Assembly: GCA_013265495.1 (NCBI GenBank)
Contig: MU058065.1
Location: forward strand, 4,443,003 to 4,507,002
DNA length: 64,000 nucleotides
DNA from: Vicugna vicugna
Taxonomy: Eukaryota
Direction of reading: 5' to 3'
Position 1 is the first letter of the stretch, and every line of letters begins with the position of its first letter. Below the pieces are notes generated by a model. The model was given only the letters and a program-made list of their open reading frames with translations, made no database searches and was not told the DNA's origin. The translations under genes and the position numbers were made by a program. Shown piece after piece: positions 25,289 to 37,920 of this stretch.

Positions 25289-27340
25289 GTGGCAGGGAAC
25301 CCAATTTGGACCCATAGAAACTACCCAATTGTGAAGCTGTAAGGCATTGCAAAAGGAAGATGAGGAGGACCTGTGTGAGGGATGCTGTAAAGGAAGTGTG
25401 TTCAGGACGGTGTGGTCATGAGATGTACAGGACATCATGGAGAAGCAGCCATCAAGTCACAGTCTGCACTGAAGCGACTGGTTTAGACTTCTCTGAAGCT
25501 CTGAGGTCCCGAGCCATAGGATGCATTAAAACAGAGCCAAATGCATGCAGGTGGAGTAAAGGAAAAATGGAGCGTTCTAAAGAAGGTCTTCCGTTTAGCA
25601 GCGTCTTTTGCTTTGTTGAAGTATTTCCTTATCTCTGGTCCATGAAATCTACAGTAGGAAGAAGACAGAAAATGTAGTGGGAAATGTGCCTCCATAACCA
25701 AGGACACATTCAGTGCTGACCTTCTCCTTCCTTTCCTCCTGCAACATCAAGGTGAGTCTGTTTCCCTGTCTGACCTCCTTGGTGGACCGTCAGGAAGAGG
25801 AAACCCCAGGGAGAAGTGTACACACCTGGGATTAAATGAGGAGGGTGGGTTGCCCCTAGAAACAAAATCCCGACTACAGAGCAATTTTTATTAAATTGCC
25901 ATCCCTGGTCTGTCCACGTGATTCTGACCTTTTGCCCTGGTACCTAGCTTTTTGGTGCCAACCTGCATAAGGCAAATGAACCAGTAAAGACCATTATACA
26001 TCAGTAAAAGTAAAGAAGATGAGAGTGAGATTCATATAAACATGAGCAGATTCGAGGGGATGCTGTGGGCTGACAGCTGTGGACAGTATTGCCGCGGAGA
26101 GGGCAAGGAGGACCCAGGAGATGGACGGTCTAATGCCGCTGGGAACTGCTTAGAGTCCCATTGCAGTGGGAATTAAAGCTTCTGCAGGACCGTGCATTGT
26201 GTGGAGGTGAGAATACAACTAGCATCAAGGGCCCTACCACAATTCACGGACAAGCTGTGTTCGTTACTTGATTGTGGTCTTCATGAGAAGTTAGTAAAAA
26301 ATTTTTCTGAGGAAACCTTTGTTGTTCCAGATGTATCTATTTAATTTAAATCGGACAGTGCCTTTACTTCGCTTCACAAGCAATTCTTAGAGGCTCGTGT
26401 GAAAGGATGGGTTGAGGACTTGGTGACATCTTAACTTCCTAGTTAGTGGGAGCACATGCCTGCCTCTAGGCCATGCTGTCAGCCAGAATCTATTGCTTTT
26501 GTCAGATGTTTTATTAGATTCTTCCAAGCTGTACGATCCTTAGCAAAAATATAATTCCAGAGCCCACTTACGATCCCATTTAAGCTGTATCTCAATTCTT
26601 TGAGCTATTTCCCAGTGACACATTGTGCATTTTAGTTCTAAGTGGTGGTTTTGGGCCCTTCTGCCCATAACTGGTGAAATTATTCATCAGACGTGTTTAA
26701 CATATTTGCGGGCATCTAACCCGATGTTGGTGCCACTGGGAAGTATCTGACTGTGCTGGTCCCTTAGTCATCTCCTCTGCATCTGTCTTTGTGCCCTGAG
26801 AGTCCGGGAGACTGACAGTGTCTTCAGGGCAGTCTGCCACTTCTCCGCCCCCTTTTCCTTCTAGAGAAAATCTTGCGGAGATAACTCAACATTTAATGAT
26901 CTTTGATGAGAGTAACTCCCATAGACTGAATGTTATTTGGGTGTCAATTAGCCTCTCAGTTCTGCAACAAGGGAGTTCTAAGCCTCATCTAAGAGGATAC
27001 TCACTCAGGCTCTTGGATTTTCAAAGTAATTAGCACAAGGTCGCACAGCTTAAAGGATACAGTAGTGCTGTGTTCCACTGGTCCATGAACTAGAGTGGAG
27101 ATAGTGTCTATTCTGGCTCCTTAGGTGTCATCAGTGCCTAGCCCAAGGACTGGCATGTAGAAGGACCCTACATGAATAGTCTTAGAGGGAAAGAGTTACT
27201 GAGTGAATGATCCAGGCGTGTGAGCGCAAAGACGGAGTGCACTCATCGAAACGGTTCACAAGTGCTGGCGGAGGGACAGACGCGGTTCCATGATGATGTT
27301 TTCACTGGTTTGTAGCAACATGATTTAAAAAGAAACTTAC

Positions 27341-27531
27341 CTTGTGGTAGCTCACAGCGAAAAAAAAATGTTACAATGAAGATATGTATGTTCATGTATA
27401 ACTGAAAAATTGTGCTCTACACTGGAATTTGACACAACATTGTAAAATGACTATAACTCAATTAAAAAATGCTAAAAAAAAGTCAATGGAAAATATAGCT
27501 ACAGAGACAATACACTTTAGAAAAAAAAAAA
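27341..27531 (+). mobile_element. Young L1 3' end (camelid L1 type) with extra 3' segment and second poly(A)
   Basis: 'cttgtggtagctcacagcgaaaaa...tgtataactgaaaaattgtgctctacactggaatttgacacaacattgtaaaatgactataactcaa', then A8, 39 nt, A11. Confidence 0.85.
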
Positions 27532-30500
27532 CGAAGCTTAGACAACTTTAAAGGCATGTCCTTGATTCTGGATCATTTTAGAAATGATCATGTTAATGAA
27601 TGTCGTTGTTAATAGCAATGTCTTTAATGCCTTAAATAAGTAAAAAGTTGGCAACTTTATACAGGTCCATACGATTAAAAAGGATTTTCTAGTCCCTCAA
27701 ATTCCAAAGCCTGAGTTACCCAATACAGCCTCCTGAGCAAGTTTTATCTCATGAATCCACAACAGTGAGCAATCCAGACATTCGTCCTACTTTCTTCTTG
27801 ACTCTGAGAATGCCAAGGAGAGCCTGAGGAAGTACCTTCCTCAGCATGAATGTCCTCGAGAATTTACACCTTCCTGTGGGCAACATGGCTGCATTTCGTG
27901 GGCTGAATCATTGCTAAAAGCACAGCCATGCCCACGTAGGTAATTCCAGTCTCTGAAACCCACACAATGTAGAACTCACTCTTACAATGATATGCTTAAA
28001 AATAAAATAAGTTTATTTTTTAAAATTAGGATTTACAAAATTATTTTGTTACATTAATATTGGTAGTTAGGGTTAATATGCATTTCTGTTGAGTAATTGA
28101 CTCCTTCCTCTACCAGCCAAAAGGTTTTCTATTTAAAGAGAAATATATATATATATATATATAGGGACAATTTCAAGAATAAAATATTAAGAATAAATTA
28201 TGCATTAAATAATTTCTAAGAATTGGTTAGACAAAAAAATCAGTTGTCTGTAGAAAACCTGCATTAGGCTTTAAGATGAAAGAAAAAGTAATCAAACTGT
28301 GATATTATTTCCACCATATAATATATGATATAAATCTTCATCAGTGGGAGAAAGTAGCTAACCATCATTTTGAAAGAGAAGAGAAGAGATAAGCCAAAAA
28401 GTGTTCTCCCATAAAGACTAGTGTATTTTTAAAGAAACAATAGATAAAGGAGAAGATTTTGATGTTTTCCTAAGGGAAAAAAATAGGATAGTACAATAAA
28501 TATACCCAAATTCTAATTATTTCAGGGGGATTATCTTATTTTTGTGGCTCCAAACACCAATGATTAGGTTGCAAAGTGAGGCTGGAGAACCCACAATGGT
28601 AGGAAAAAATAAGCTATTTACATTTTTCCTAAATCCCTGGAAAATTTTTTAACTAATCTTTAAGTAATCTTTTTCCATTTCACATGGCATTGTCTTATTA
28701 TATCTGAAATAATTCTGCACTCAAAATGGCTTAAAGTGGGACCACAGACCCTTATCTGTAGACAGAAAACATCATGAACACTTCGGTGCCCTGAACATCT
28801 CCAAAGAAGCAAAATGTGGAATACTCTTGGGTGGAAGATGTCCATGGTCACCTTCAGAAGCCCATCAGTTGAACTTCCAGCAAGAGCGGTTCAGCTGAAA
28901 TCTCAGACACATTTCCAAGTTTCCTTTTCCTGGCTTTCCTGAGGTTTTCTGTTGTTCTAGTCATAGCATTCATGGCTTCCTATGTGCCTTTTCTGTATTT
29001 TTAAGAAGGTAATAGAATGGCATTCCTTAGCTAATAGATGCTCCCAAGGCTGCCCTAAATTTACTTTTTTAAAGGGCACCTAAAAGACACATTAAATTGA
29101 TTTTTTTCCTCTATTACTTCCTCTCGTCTTTCTCTTCCAAGTCTTAAATAATTTGAAGTAAAGTGATAAAAGCTCATCTGAAATGCTATTGTAATGTTTT
29201 AAATGCACTCTCTTGTATATCTTCATGTTTTATGTGTACCGTGTAGTGGCTGGATCTTTAAAAAAAGAAGTCACAGTGACTATATAGTTACCATAGCATT
29301 CTAGAACGATCCTGGGCACTCATCTGTTTTTGCTGGTTGATTCAAACTTGTGTTAAAATAATCTGGGGTCTGGACTGATTTTTTTTTAATGGCAGGATCA
29401 CAGGAAATTGTGATCAAGACACTATTGTGTGGCATCGTGGGCATTTTTGAGTATTTCTAATTGGAGAAAATGCCAGATGAGTATCTATGCATTTCAGAAG
29501 TCTAGATTGTCTGATAACTCTTGCTGGCAGTATTCCTCACTGCCTAGAGCTTTTTCCTTCTTTCTAATTCCAGGCATAGGAGGGATAAACTGTGTACTTG
29601 CAATTTTTTTCTGATTATTCTGCCATTAAAAAAAAATCTGCACCACTGTTCTCCATGCCTGGAGCACACGGGGTTGAGAGCTGATTGTAAGTTGTTTGGG
29701 AATTAATCATCCACAGTCTCATAAAAGCCCCAGCACCACTTGTCCTCTGGTCATATAGACTGGTTTACAGCTTAAAATAAATGGAAAATTCTACCGTCTA
29801 GATGTTGCTACTTTATGACTGAGTCGTTCTTTTTGAGTTTCTTTTTACATCTTTCATTGGCCTCCAGGGAAATATCGGTGTATTTAAATATCCAGAAGAT
29901 TTGTTTCAGGTTGTTGATGTCACAATGATTTGTAGTCCTATTAAAATGACATTTGCTGATGACATGAGACAATGCGTTGCATCATCGCATCTCAGCGTGA
30001 AAACGCACTGATCTTTTCATCACAGCCGCCCAGGTAATCCGGTAACCCGCGGCTCTAATGTGATCAGCCACACCACTAATGCTGGTATTTGCATAAATGC
30101 TTCTCTGAGATGGACTGAATTTCTAACCCAAAGTCGAGTTAAGGAAAAATAGCTGATGTGGAATGATTCCTCCCTTTATTAACTAAATGAAATTATTCAA
30201 ATTCTGAAATCGGCTCTCTCCTTTAGCATTAGAATTTGAAGTAGACATACCCCGGTTCTATATCTGTCTTTTACAAACACACACACACACACACATGCAA
30301 GGAAGAACTTTAAGAAGGTCGTATGGAATGTTTGTTTTTTATGCATTCAACTATTCTCCAGTACTAGTTAAAAAATGGGCAGTTCATTACCATGGAATAA
30401 TTAAGAAAATTAAACCCCGTCTCTAGATTAGACACCTGTGAGAGCTCATGCACTATTTACACACAGACCCAGCACAGCTATAACTTTCCTTTCCTCCCTC

Positions 30501-33399
30501 CATTCATAGCAGAGAAAAAACTGCAGTGGGCCACAAAGTGGAAATGCAGCACCGATGTCTTTGAGACGTGCATGACTCCAGGTAGTGTACTTGTGACAAA
30601 AGGAGACAAGGCCACACAGACGGGAGGCTTATTTGAGAGGTCATGACACTCTTTAAAGGAACAAGTGAATTTCATAGTCCCTCTTGAACATCATGGATGT
30701 TGAAAAACAGAAAATACAAATGCATTAAAGAAAACAAAATGAATGAAAAATCCCCTTAACTAAATTTTTAAAGTGCAAACACATTTGAAAGAATTTATTC
30801 TGTCTCTCCAGAAGAGGCATATTACCCATTTGAAACTAGGTTCTAAAGCCAGCCAGGTGGTGAAACGTCAAAAAAGTCATGGGTTAAAATATCAAAAGGG
30901 CAGTTTTCTCCTGTGGGTTTTTTTTTTTTTTAAATCCCATGTGAAAATAAGAGGCTGTGGACATTTCACAAAACAGCCTGTTTTCCTGGCTGATTTTACA
31001 GACGTGCGAGATTTGGATACTTTGGGCAACATCCAAGTTTCTGAGTCCATCGGCGTTGGTCCATCAATATTTGAAACCTGTCAGTTCTCGACGTTAAGTC
31101 CGCGTGATGACAGACGGCAAACTGGATGTGAGGCTGTGAAAATAAGGTCCACCTGGTTCAGAAAAAGCCCTGCATTCAGCTTCTCGCCACATGACTTGGC
31201 CCTGAAGATGAGCTGTGATCAATCAGATAGACCACATTTTAAGGGGAAACAACCTAATGTTTTTAAAAGGTCATACCTCAAATCAAACTGTTCTTCTGAA
31301 AGGAGCCCTCATTTGCTTTCAAAATATGTCAACTTTAGATTGCAGGATTCCCTTTGAAAGCACACGATGTTTCTGTGTATCATAGACTGAAGTATCTATT
31401 TTGCCTTAGTACAACCCCAAGTTGTAATTTCTAAGATGAAATTTGCAGGGCATCGTCGTGATCTATTTTTATTTTCAGTTTCAATAGTACTACATAATGG
31501 AAAAGAGGAGTTTGGAAATCAGATAGCATTAAGAATGACAATTAGGTTTTTGGCTTTTGCTTCAAAATCTCTCATATCTGTACGTTTGATTAAGCTTGTC
31601 ACTGTTTATTGGTAAATGCCCCACTCTTCTGAGTAAGAAAAAGAAAAATTCCACAACACTGCAAAACTAATTATTGAACTGTTCTTATTGACCAGAATTA
31701 ATAGTCCACAACGTCACGTAGAATGAAAAGTTAATGAGCAGAATGATGAGAGCAGAATGCCATTTAAATAGAGACGTCTTTACTAAGATTTATAATATAA
31801 TTAAGGACAAATTTCTGCCTTTCATCATTTGGGGAACTTGGAACTTCTTTTTGTTTTTAGTCCAAGATTTCATGGGTCATATATTTTGTAAATATACAAT
31901 CCTCCTGCACAGCGTTTTTCTCTGCACTGCTCCATGGATCTTACATAGACTTTGAGAATTGAGAAAACTGACCTTAATAATACCTTAAACAATGGCCCAA
32001 TTCAGTTTGATATTTCAGATGTTTGGGGAAAAAAAAAACAGCAGCTGAGTTAAAATAGCTCTCCTTCTTTTCACCAAGCATGTGATACCAATCCTCAAAC
32101 ACGAAACGTGTCTTGTAAAACTTTGCACTTGACAATCTGTTCTGGTTTAGTAGATGGTTGGGAGTAACTCTGCCAGTCTTCACAGAGTCGGACAGTCCTT
32201 AAACCGTCACGACTTTTATACTAGCATTTAAACAAATATCTTAAAATGTTAGCAATTCAGATAGTCTTTAGATAAAATACTTCTGGGGGAAGGTCACAGT
32301 TCCATATCTATCAAAAAGATACTGATTTTCTGAAACTCGCTTATTTCGTTTCCACTAAATTATTTTTATAATTATTAAAAATGTTTTAGAATTAGTGTTA
32401 GAAGTGTAACATAATGTTTACTGTTATATACAATAGTTCTTTACCACCGAAATGAAATTGAGGAAATAATATGGCTATTCCAATAATGAGTGCTACCATT
32501 TGCAAGATGCTTTGTAGTTTACAAGATATCCAGTTGAATCCTCCCACCAGCTTGGTGAGGATTACTGCTCTGTCCTGTTTTCACAGACGAGTGCAACAGA
32601 CTTGTTCAAGGTCGCCAGGAAGGGTCTCATCACAGTCCTCTGCTTTTTTCATGCCCCGTTACTATGTTAGTTCAAATAAACTCACGATTCTCATTTCAGC
32701 GATCCAAAGGAAAATATACATTTAGAATTTCCAGATGATTTCTGTTTCTCCATCAAAGACCTTCACTTGTTTTAATTACTGAATGTCCCTCGCATCTTCC
32801 CAGGGTCTTCCCTCCACAAAAACAATGCATATCCATGACTTCTAAAAACAGGAACTTGGAATGCAGAATCCTATTTGGTTTTGGTACTTTACTAAAAAGG
32901 CAGAAATAGAATTAAAAGAGGTTGAATATGTTAGGAGGGCAATGGCCCAGGATTCACTCAGACAAGAGGGAGCATTATCAAGATTCCTGGCTCCAGCCCA
33001 GAGGACGGAGAGTCTTCCCTAGTGCAAATTGCCTCCCACTTCGACACGGTGCCAGCATTGTAAAGGCGACGTTATTTCCTCTCTAACCAAAGCCAAAGAA
33101 TCATATTTACGTTTTCTGAATGTAATAATTAAGCCATTAAGCAGGAGGTTTCTGAACGGGACCACGTGTGAAGGAAAGCATCAGCAAAGGTGAGGAGAGA
33201 CCCTTTTGCTTCTGAAACAGCACATCCTTCATCCAAACCAGCACCATCGGACAGTCATTACCCCTCACTCCGGTGGAAGCTGGTTTTGCCTGTAAAGCTC
33301 ATGAACTAGAAATGTGCAGTCAGCAGCTTCATCCGATCGTGACTGACGTCTCCGTTAGGAGACTTCGTGGATTTTTTATGAATTAAGCTTCAGACTTGC

Positions 33400-33848
33400 A
33401 GACCTTAACCTGAGATTAAGAGGATCTAGGAACCTAGATAGGAAACCATTACATCTGTATTTTCGCTAACCTCTAATTGAAACGTAGCCTTTCCTTTAAC
33501 AATGAATCAAAGCAACAAGTCACTGTAGCTCCCCAACAGTGCCTTTGAATTTGGTACCAACGCAGCCGTGATTATTTTCACATCACATTCCCATTGCTGC
33601 ATCAGTCTCACCGTTGGCTCAGTCACTCAATTTCGTTATTTAATAAGAAAGAAGCATAATATTACTATGTCACAATTTACTTTTACATATTTTAATATCT
33701 GGACCTGAATACCATTGCAATTTTTGTAATTAATCCTAAACATATTTCATTTCATGTGTTTTTTTAAAACACTCTTCTGAGAAGGAATTCACAGTTTATC
33801 AGACTGCCAAAGGGGTCTGTGGCACAAAACTGGAAGTTTAAGACTTTT
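33400..33848. mobile_element. hAT-Charlie non-autonomous element (MER119-like)
   Basis: Terminal 'cttctgagaaggaattcacagtttatcagactgccaaaggggtctgtggcacaaaac...ttaagac' resembles a Charlie-type end; subfamily uncertain. Confidence 0.6.
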
Positions 33849-33886
33849 GAGAAGGATTCCACTCCTGGGATCTGACTCAGTTTCAA

Positions 33887-33923
33887 GTGTGTGTGTGCGT
33901 GTGTGTGTGTGTGTGCACACACG
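33887..33923. repeat. (TG)n/(CA)n alternating purine-pyrimidine tract
   Basis: Direct reading. Confidence 0.9.
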
Positions 33924-34841
33924 AGCGCATGCACTACTTGCTGGAATGTGCTAGGCACCAGGAAGACAGATACAAATTCTGATGTTGTTACTGGTCTTAC
34001 AAGAAGCAGATGCATCATAATTTTTAGCTTTGCTTTATAGACAAGGAGACTTGGGCACAAAGAAGTTAAGTAAAACATAGTAATCAAATAAATATTTTTG
34101 AAAGGAGAAGTTAAATAAACCATTCAAGTAAGTAATTGGTAGAGCTGAGATTTGTACCTCAGAGGCTGAACTCCGGGGTCCCCACGCAGAACCACCGGGC
34201 TCTCCATTGCTCAGTGTGGAGCATGCAGCCATGTCACTTTTCGTAGGCTCTCTGAGATCACAGAGGGCAAGCGGGCAGCCTAAGGGCAGTGGGGGTGGGG
34301 GTGGGGGTGAGCATCGGGTTGTGATGCCCAGATAAGGTTGGTAGGAGGGCAGCCAGTCCTCAGTGGAAGAAGAGAAATCAACATTGCAGGGAAGGATGGT
34401 GACAAAGGCAATGAGGAAAAAACTGCAATTGAATTGACTGCGAAATATTGCCAAGTGTACAGCTGAGCCAGAGAGTGGTGGGAACTGGGACCAGACGGCT
34501 GATGGAAACAGACTGCAGGCATGAAGGCTGGTGCCAAGCTCTCTGTGTTTCTCTTGGTGAGCAGACGTGCGGTCTGGTGTGATGTACTCCTTAGGTGATC
34601 TCTTTGCGGGACTGCAGCCCTGCCCCACCGGTTCTAATACTACAATGTTTGAGTTTAGTGACTGTGTTCATCAGTTTCATTGATGGGCGGTGTGGACTGG
34701 AAGGCGGGAGTTGGTAGGCACTGCCACGGTAATTCTTTTTAAATGACTTTATCCTATGTAGCCGATCACAAGGAGATTTAAAAACATGCTCTGTCCTAAT
34801 AATTTCTTGGTATTTTCAGAACTATATGACTTCACTTAGAG

Positions 34842-35030
34842 CAGTGGTTCTCGAACTTAATGTGCATCAGGATAGCCTGGGGGGGGTGTTGTTAAACCAC
34901 AAATTGCTGGATTACTGGTCTTATCTCCAGAGTTTCAGATCCAGCAGCTCTCGGGTGTGGCCAGAAAATGGGCATTTCTAACAAGTGCCCACATGATGCT
35001 GATGCTCCTGTCCACTGGTCTAGCCTGGGA
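34842..35030. mobile_element. MER5A hAT-Charlie element
   Basis: 'cagtggttctcgaacttaatgtgcatcaggatagcctgg...gcatttctaacaagtgcccacatgatgctgatgct'. Confidence 0.85.
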
Positions 35031-35089
35031 CCATGTTGATGCTACAAGATCTTCTCTAAACCAGCTTCGGTTTAGTCACCTTGTACTGG

Positions 35090-35545
35090 ATGGTGTAATG
35101 GAGAAAAATGTGTTGTGGGATTTAGCAGGTCTTGGGTCTTAGTCAAAACCCAGTATTTAGTAGCTGTGTGATCTTGGTACCTACTTTATGTTCTTAGCCT
35201 CATTTTCTGAGCTTTAAAATGGGGACAAAATACCTTCTTGCTAGTCTTGTTCTGAGACTTACAAAGCTGTTCTGTGCACACACATGGAAGGGCTGCTACT
35301 TAACATATAGGGACAGTCAACATGATTGGGTGCTAAGTGGTTCACGCATCATCTTATTTAAATCTCACAACAATCACTGGATGTTGTGATGAGATAACCA
35401 GTGTTACCCTCTCTATTTTGTATATGATTAAACTGAGGCATGGTGAGGTCAGGTCACTTGAAGGTGCCGGTACGCTCAAGGGCTGGCAGCCATCTGTACC
35501 CAGGCAATGTGTCTCCACAGGTTTTGCCTTTAACCTATACATTAC
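35090..35545. mobile_element. Two MIR fragments in opposite orientations
   Basis: 'tagctgtgtgatcttgg...agcctcattttc...aaaatgggga' (+) and 'atgattaaactgaggcatggtgaggtcaggtcacttg' (-). Confidence 0.7.
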
Positions 35546-36329
35546 GCTGCCCTGAAGTCTGGGCTCTTGTCTCTGCCTAACTTCCCTCCAAGCAAATGCT
35601 CTGGTCTGGTTGGGCTAATTCAGTGCCTTCTTCCCACCCTTCCTTCCATTCTCCTTTCTGACAATGGTCCTGTCTTCTCCCTTAGCTTGCACTGTGTTTC
35701 CACTCACTGCCAACCATCACGAGGAACTCAGCCCTCCCTTCCCAAGCCTTCTCAGACAGTGTGGCTCATAACGACCCAGTTCAGTTACGATAACGAACCC
35801 TTAGTGTGATTTTCTGCCCTCCTTCATATACAACGTTCTATTTATGATTTTTCTATTTCTATGGTCTTGAAATTAGTTTTCTTTCAACCTTGCTTGAAAG
35901 CTCTTGGAAGAAGCCATCTTCCTTTGGACTTCCCACTGGACCTAGCATAGGAGGGACAAAGGTGCTTACAGATACGGGATCTCATAGGCTCCGCCCCCTC
36001 TCAGTGCTGGTTCACGCAATCCCAGTCAACGTACAAAACTGCACTGCAATCACTTAGAATTTTTGTAACACCATATCTAGGTGACAGCCTTTTCAGCTGA
36101 CACTTTAGTTGAATATGTCAAACTGATTCACAAAATATACTTAGATGGTTTCTACATAGAGACTTATGTGTCATTCAAGCAAGTAAACTTCTAAAGGAAA
36201 CAAAAACCAAAATCTGATTGAGGACATCTGGAATAAATGAGATTCGTGAGAAGATGCTTATAAGATGCTAACATGTTGGAGGCTAATGGACCCTCCTAGT
36301 CTTAGAAGAGACTGTTCTCGCTAAGGACT

Positions 36330-36640
36330 CGCCATGGTTCATTGGTGGTAGTAAGGATTATGCCTGTGTCAATCATTTTATTGTTCTAACAACACTATGA
36401 GGGAGGTATTTTTTTAAATTTTAAATTTTTAATTCTTTTCAGTTTAAGTAGAGTTGATTTACAGTGTTGTATTAATTTCTGGTAATGAGGAATTTACTTT
36501 TTAACTCTCATTTGGCAGATGAGGAAACTGAGTTTTAAGAGAGATTACGTACCTAGCCTAAGGCTATTAACAGGTCGGGGTGTTTCCAAACCCAATCTGT
36601 CTCATCAGGAATGCATCTGAACTTGACCTCAATTCTACTT
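36330..36640 (-). mobile_element. MIR interrupted by a ~75-bp L1 3' tail (36409-36483)
   Basis: MIR core 'cagatgaggaaactgag'; insert 'tttt...agtttaagtagagttgatttacagtgttgtattaatttctggt' is an antisense L1 extreme 3' end. Confidence 0.65.
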
Positions 36641-37336
36641 TATCCTCTTCACAACCTTTCAAAACAATCGCTAGACTCAGTGACAAAATCCTCTGGACAA
36701 AGTATTTACACTGTATAACAAATAAACAAATATATATTCCCTCATGTCATCTTTTTCTTTTCACTTGTAAAATGGAGTCATGAATACAGCTTAAAGAATA
36801 CGAAATATAAAAGATTTAATCACCTAGTGGAAATATTTTGGGCTTATATGTCAATCGTGAAATTTAACCCAGTCTTAAAGAGGCTTGTAAATAGTCAGAC
36901 AGTAAGTTCACTGTGAGTTCAGAACTCCTCACATTCATTTTAAATTTTCATTTCACTGTCTCTGAAGGCCTAAGTCAGGTCTTGTTTTTCAGTTAGCTAG
37001 AAAATATTTGTGAATACTGAGGAAACACTCTTGTTGCTTTATCCAAAAAAAAAAAAAATTACCACTAAAGAAGGAATAAGTCAAAAGAGGAAGATCCATT
37101 GCTCACTACCAGCTGCAGCGGGGGCGCCGTCTCATTTTAAGTTTGCTATTCATTCTCGTCGCCTTTTCAAAATGTAGCTGGATAAACAGAATGCCCCCTC
37201 AGAGAGCTATAAACCTATTGATCAGGCATCTTAAATTGCATAAGGACAGGACACGTAAGAATTTCCAACCGATTTGCCCCGATAGGCGATGGAGCCTAGT
37301 TGTCTGTCTTTGCAAAATTGAAAAAGAGGAAGATAA

Positions 37337-37466
37337 TTTCTTAGGTTTGTACAAGTTTCATGTAATTTGAGTGTCCTAGAACAGGATCCCAAGGAAAACT
37401 GTTTCTTAGATTTGTCTAATTCACATGTAAATTGAATGTCCTAGAAGAGAATCCCCAAACACACTC
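37337..37466. repeat. Diverged 65-bp tandem duplication (2 copies)
   Basis: Ungapped hand alignment of 37337-37401 vs 37402-37466 gives about 49/65 identities. Confidence 0.85.
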
Positions 37467-37679
37467 GAGCTTTTTAATATAATTCACTATAATGCACAGC
37501 TTAGGATAAAATAGTTTTATCTTTGATCTCACCAGATTTAGGAATATAGAGCTAATATCTATCTCCCCAATAGCAGGGACTGCATGGCAAAGGTGTCAAT
37601 TTTGAATTACAGAGATGTTACAAGGACTCTTCTGTATAAACAAAAATACGCATACAATTTGGCCACAGCAAACCCTTCC

Positions 37680-37920
37680 ATACCACTTGCTTTGTGACAG
37701 GCTATATTTAATTCCTATGTTTGTTACTATAACGCTCACAACAACTTTATGAGGTAGACCCAAATAGCATCTGAATTATCCAGATGAGGAAACTGAGGCA
37801 ATGAATGAGTATTTAAGGAAATTATCCAAGGTCACAAGGTCACATAGCTCATGTCCCAGGGAACTGGGATTTGAGCCCATACATTTTGCATCCAGAGTAC
37901 ATATTTCTAACCGCTAAGCT
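37680..37920 (-). mobile_element. MIR SINE
   Basis: 'ctcacaacaactttatgaggtag...cagatgaggaaactgaggca...ccaaggtcaca...ctgggatttgagccca'. Confidence 0.85.

Noticed and set aside
30773..31357. 194-aa ORF (+)
   Set aside because: Non-ATG (GTG) start, runs through a poly-T tract, no recognisable domain; consistent with a chance ORF.
34035..34628. 197-aa ORF (-), the longest in the window
   Set aside because: Poly-Pro comes from the G-run and the C-terminus overlaps a MIR/L2-like fragment; no recognisable homology.
37110..37130. CTCF-like word gcagcgggggcgcc (also aggtggcgctg at about 18727-18737, minus)
   Set aside because: Only half of the core motif matches; not supportable without a PWM scan.
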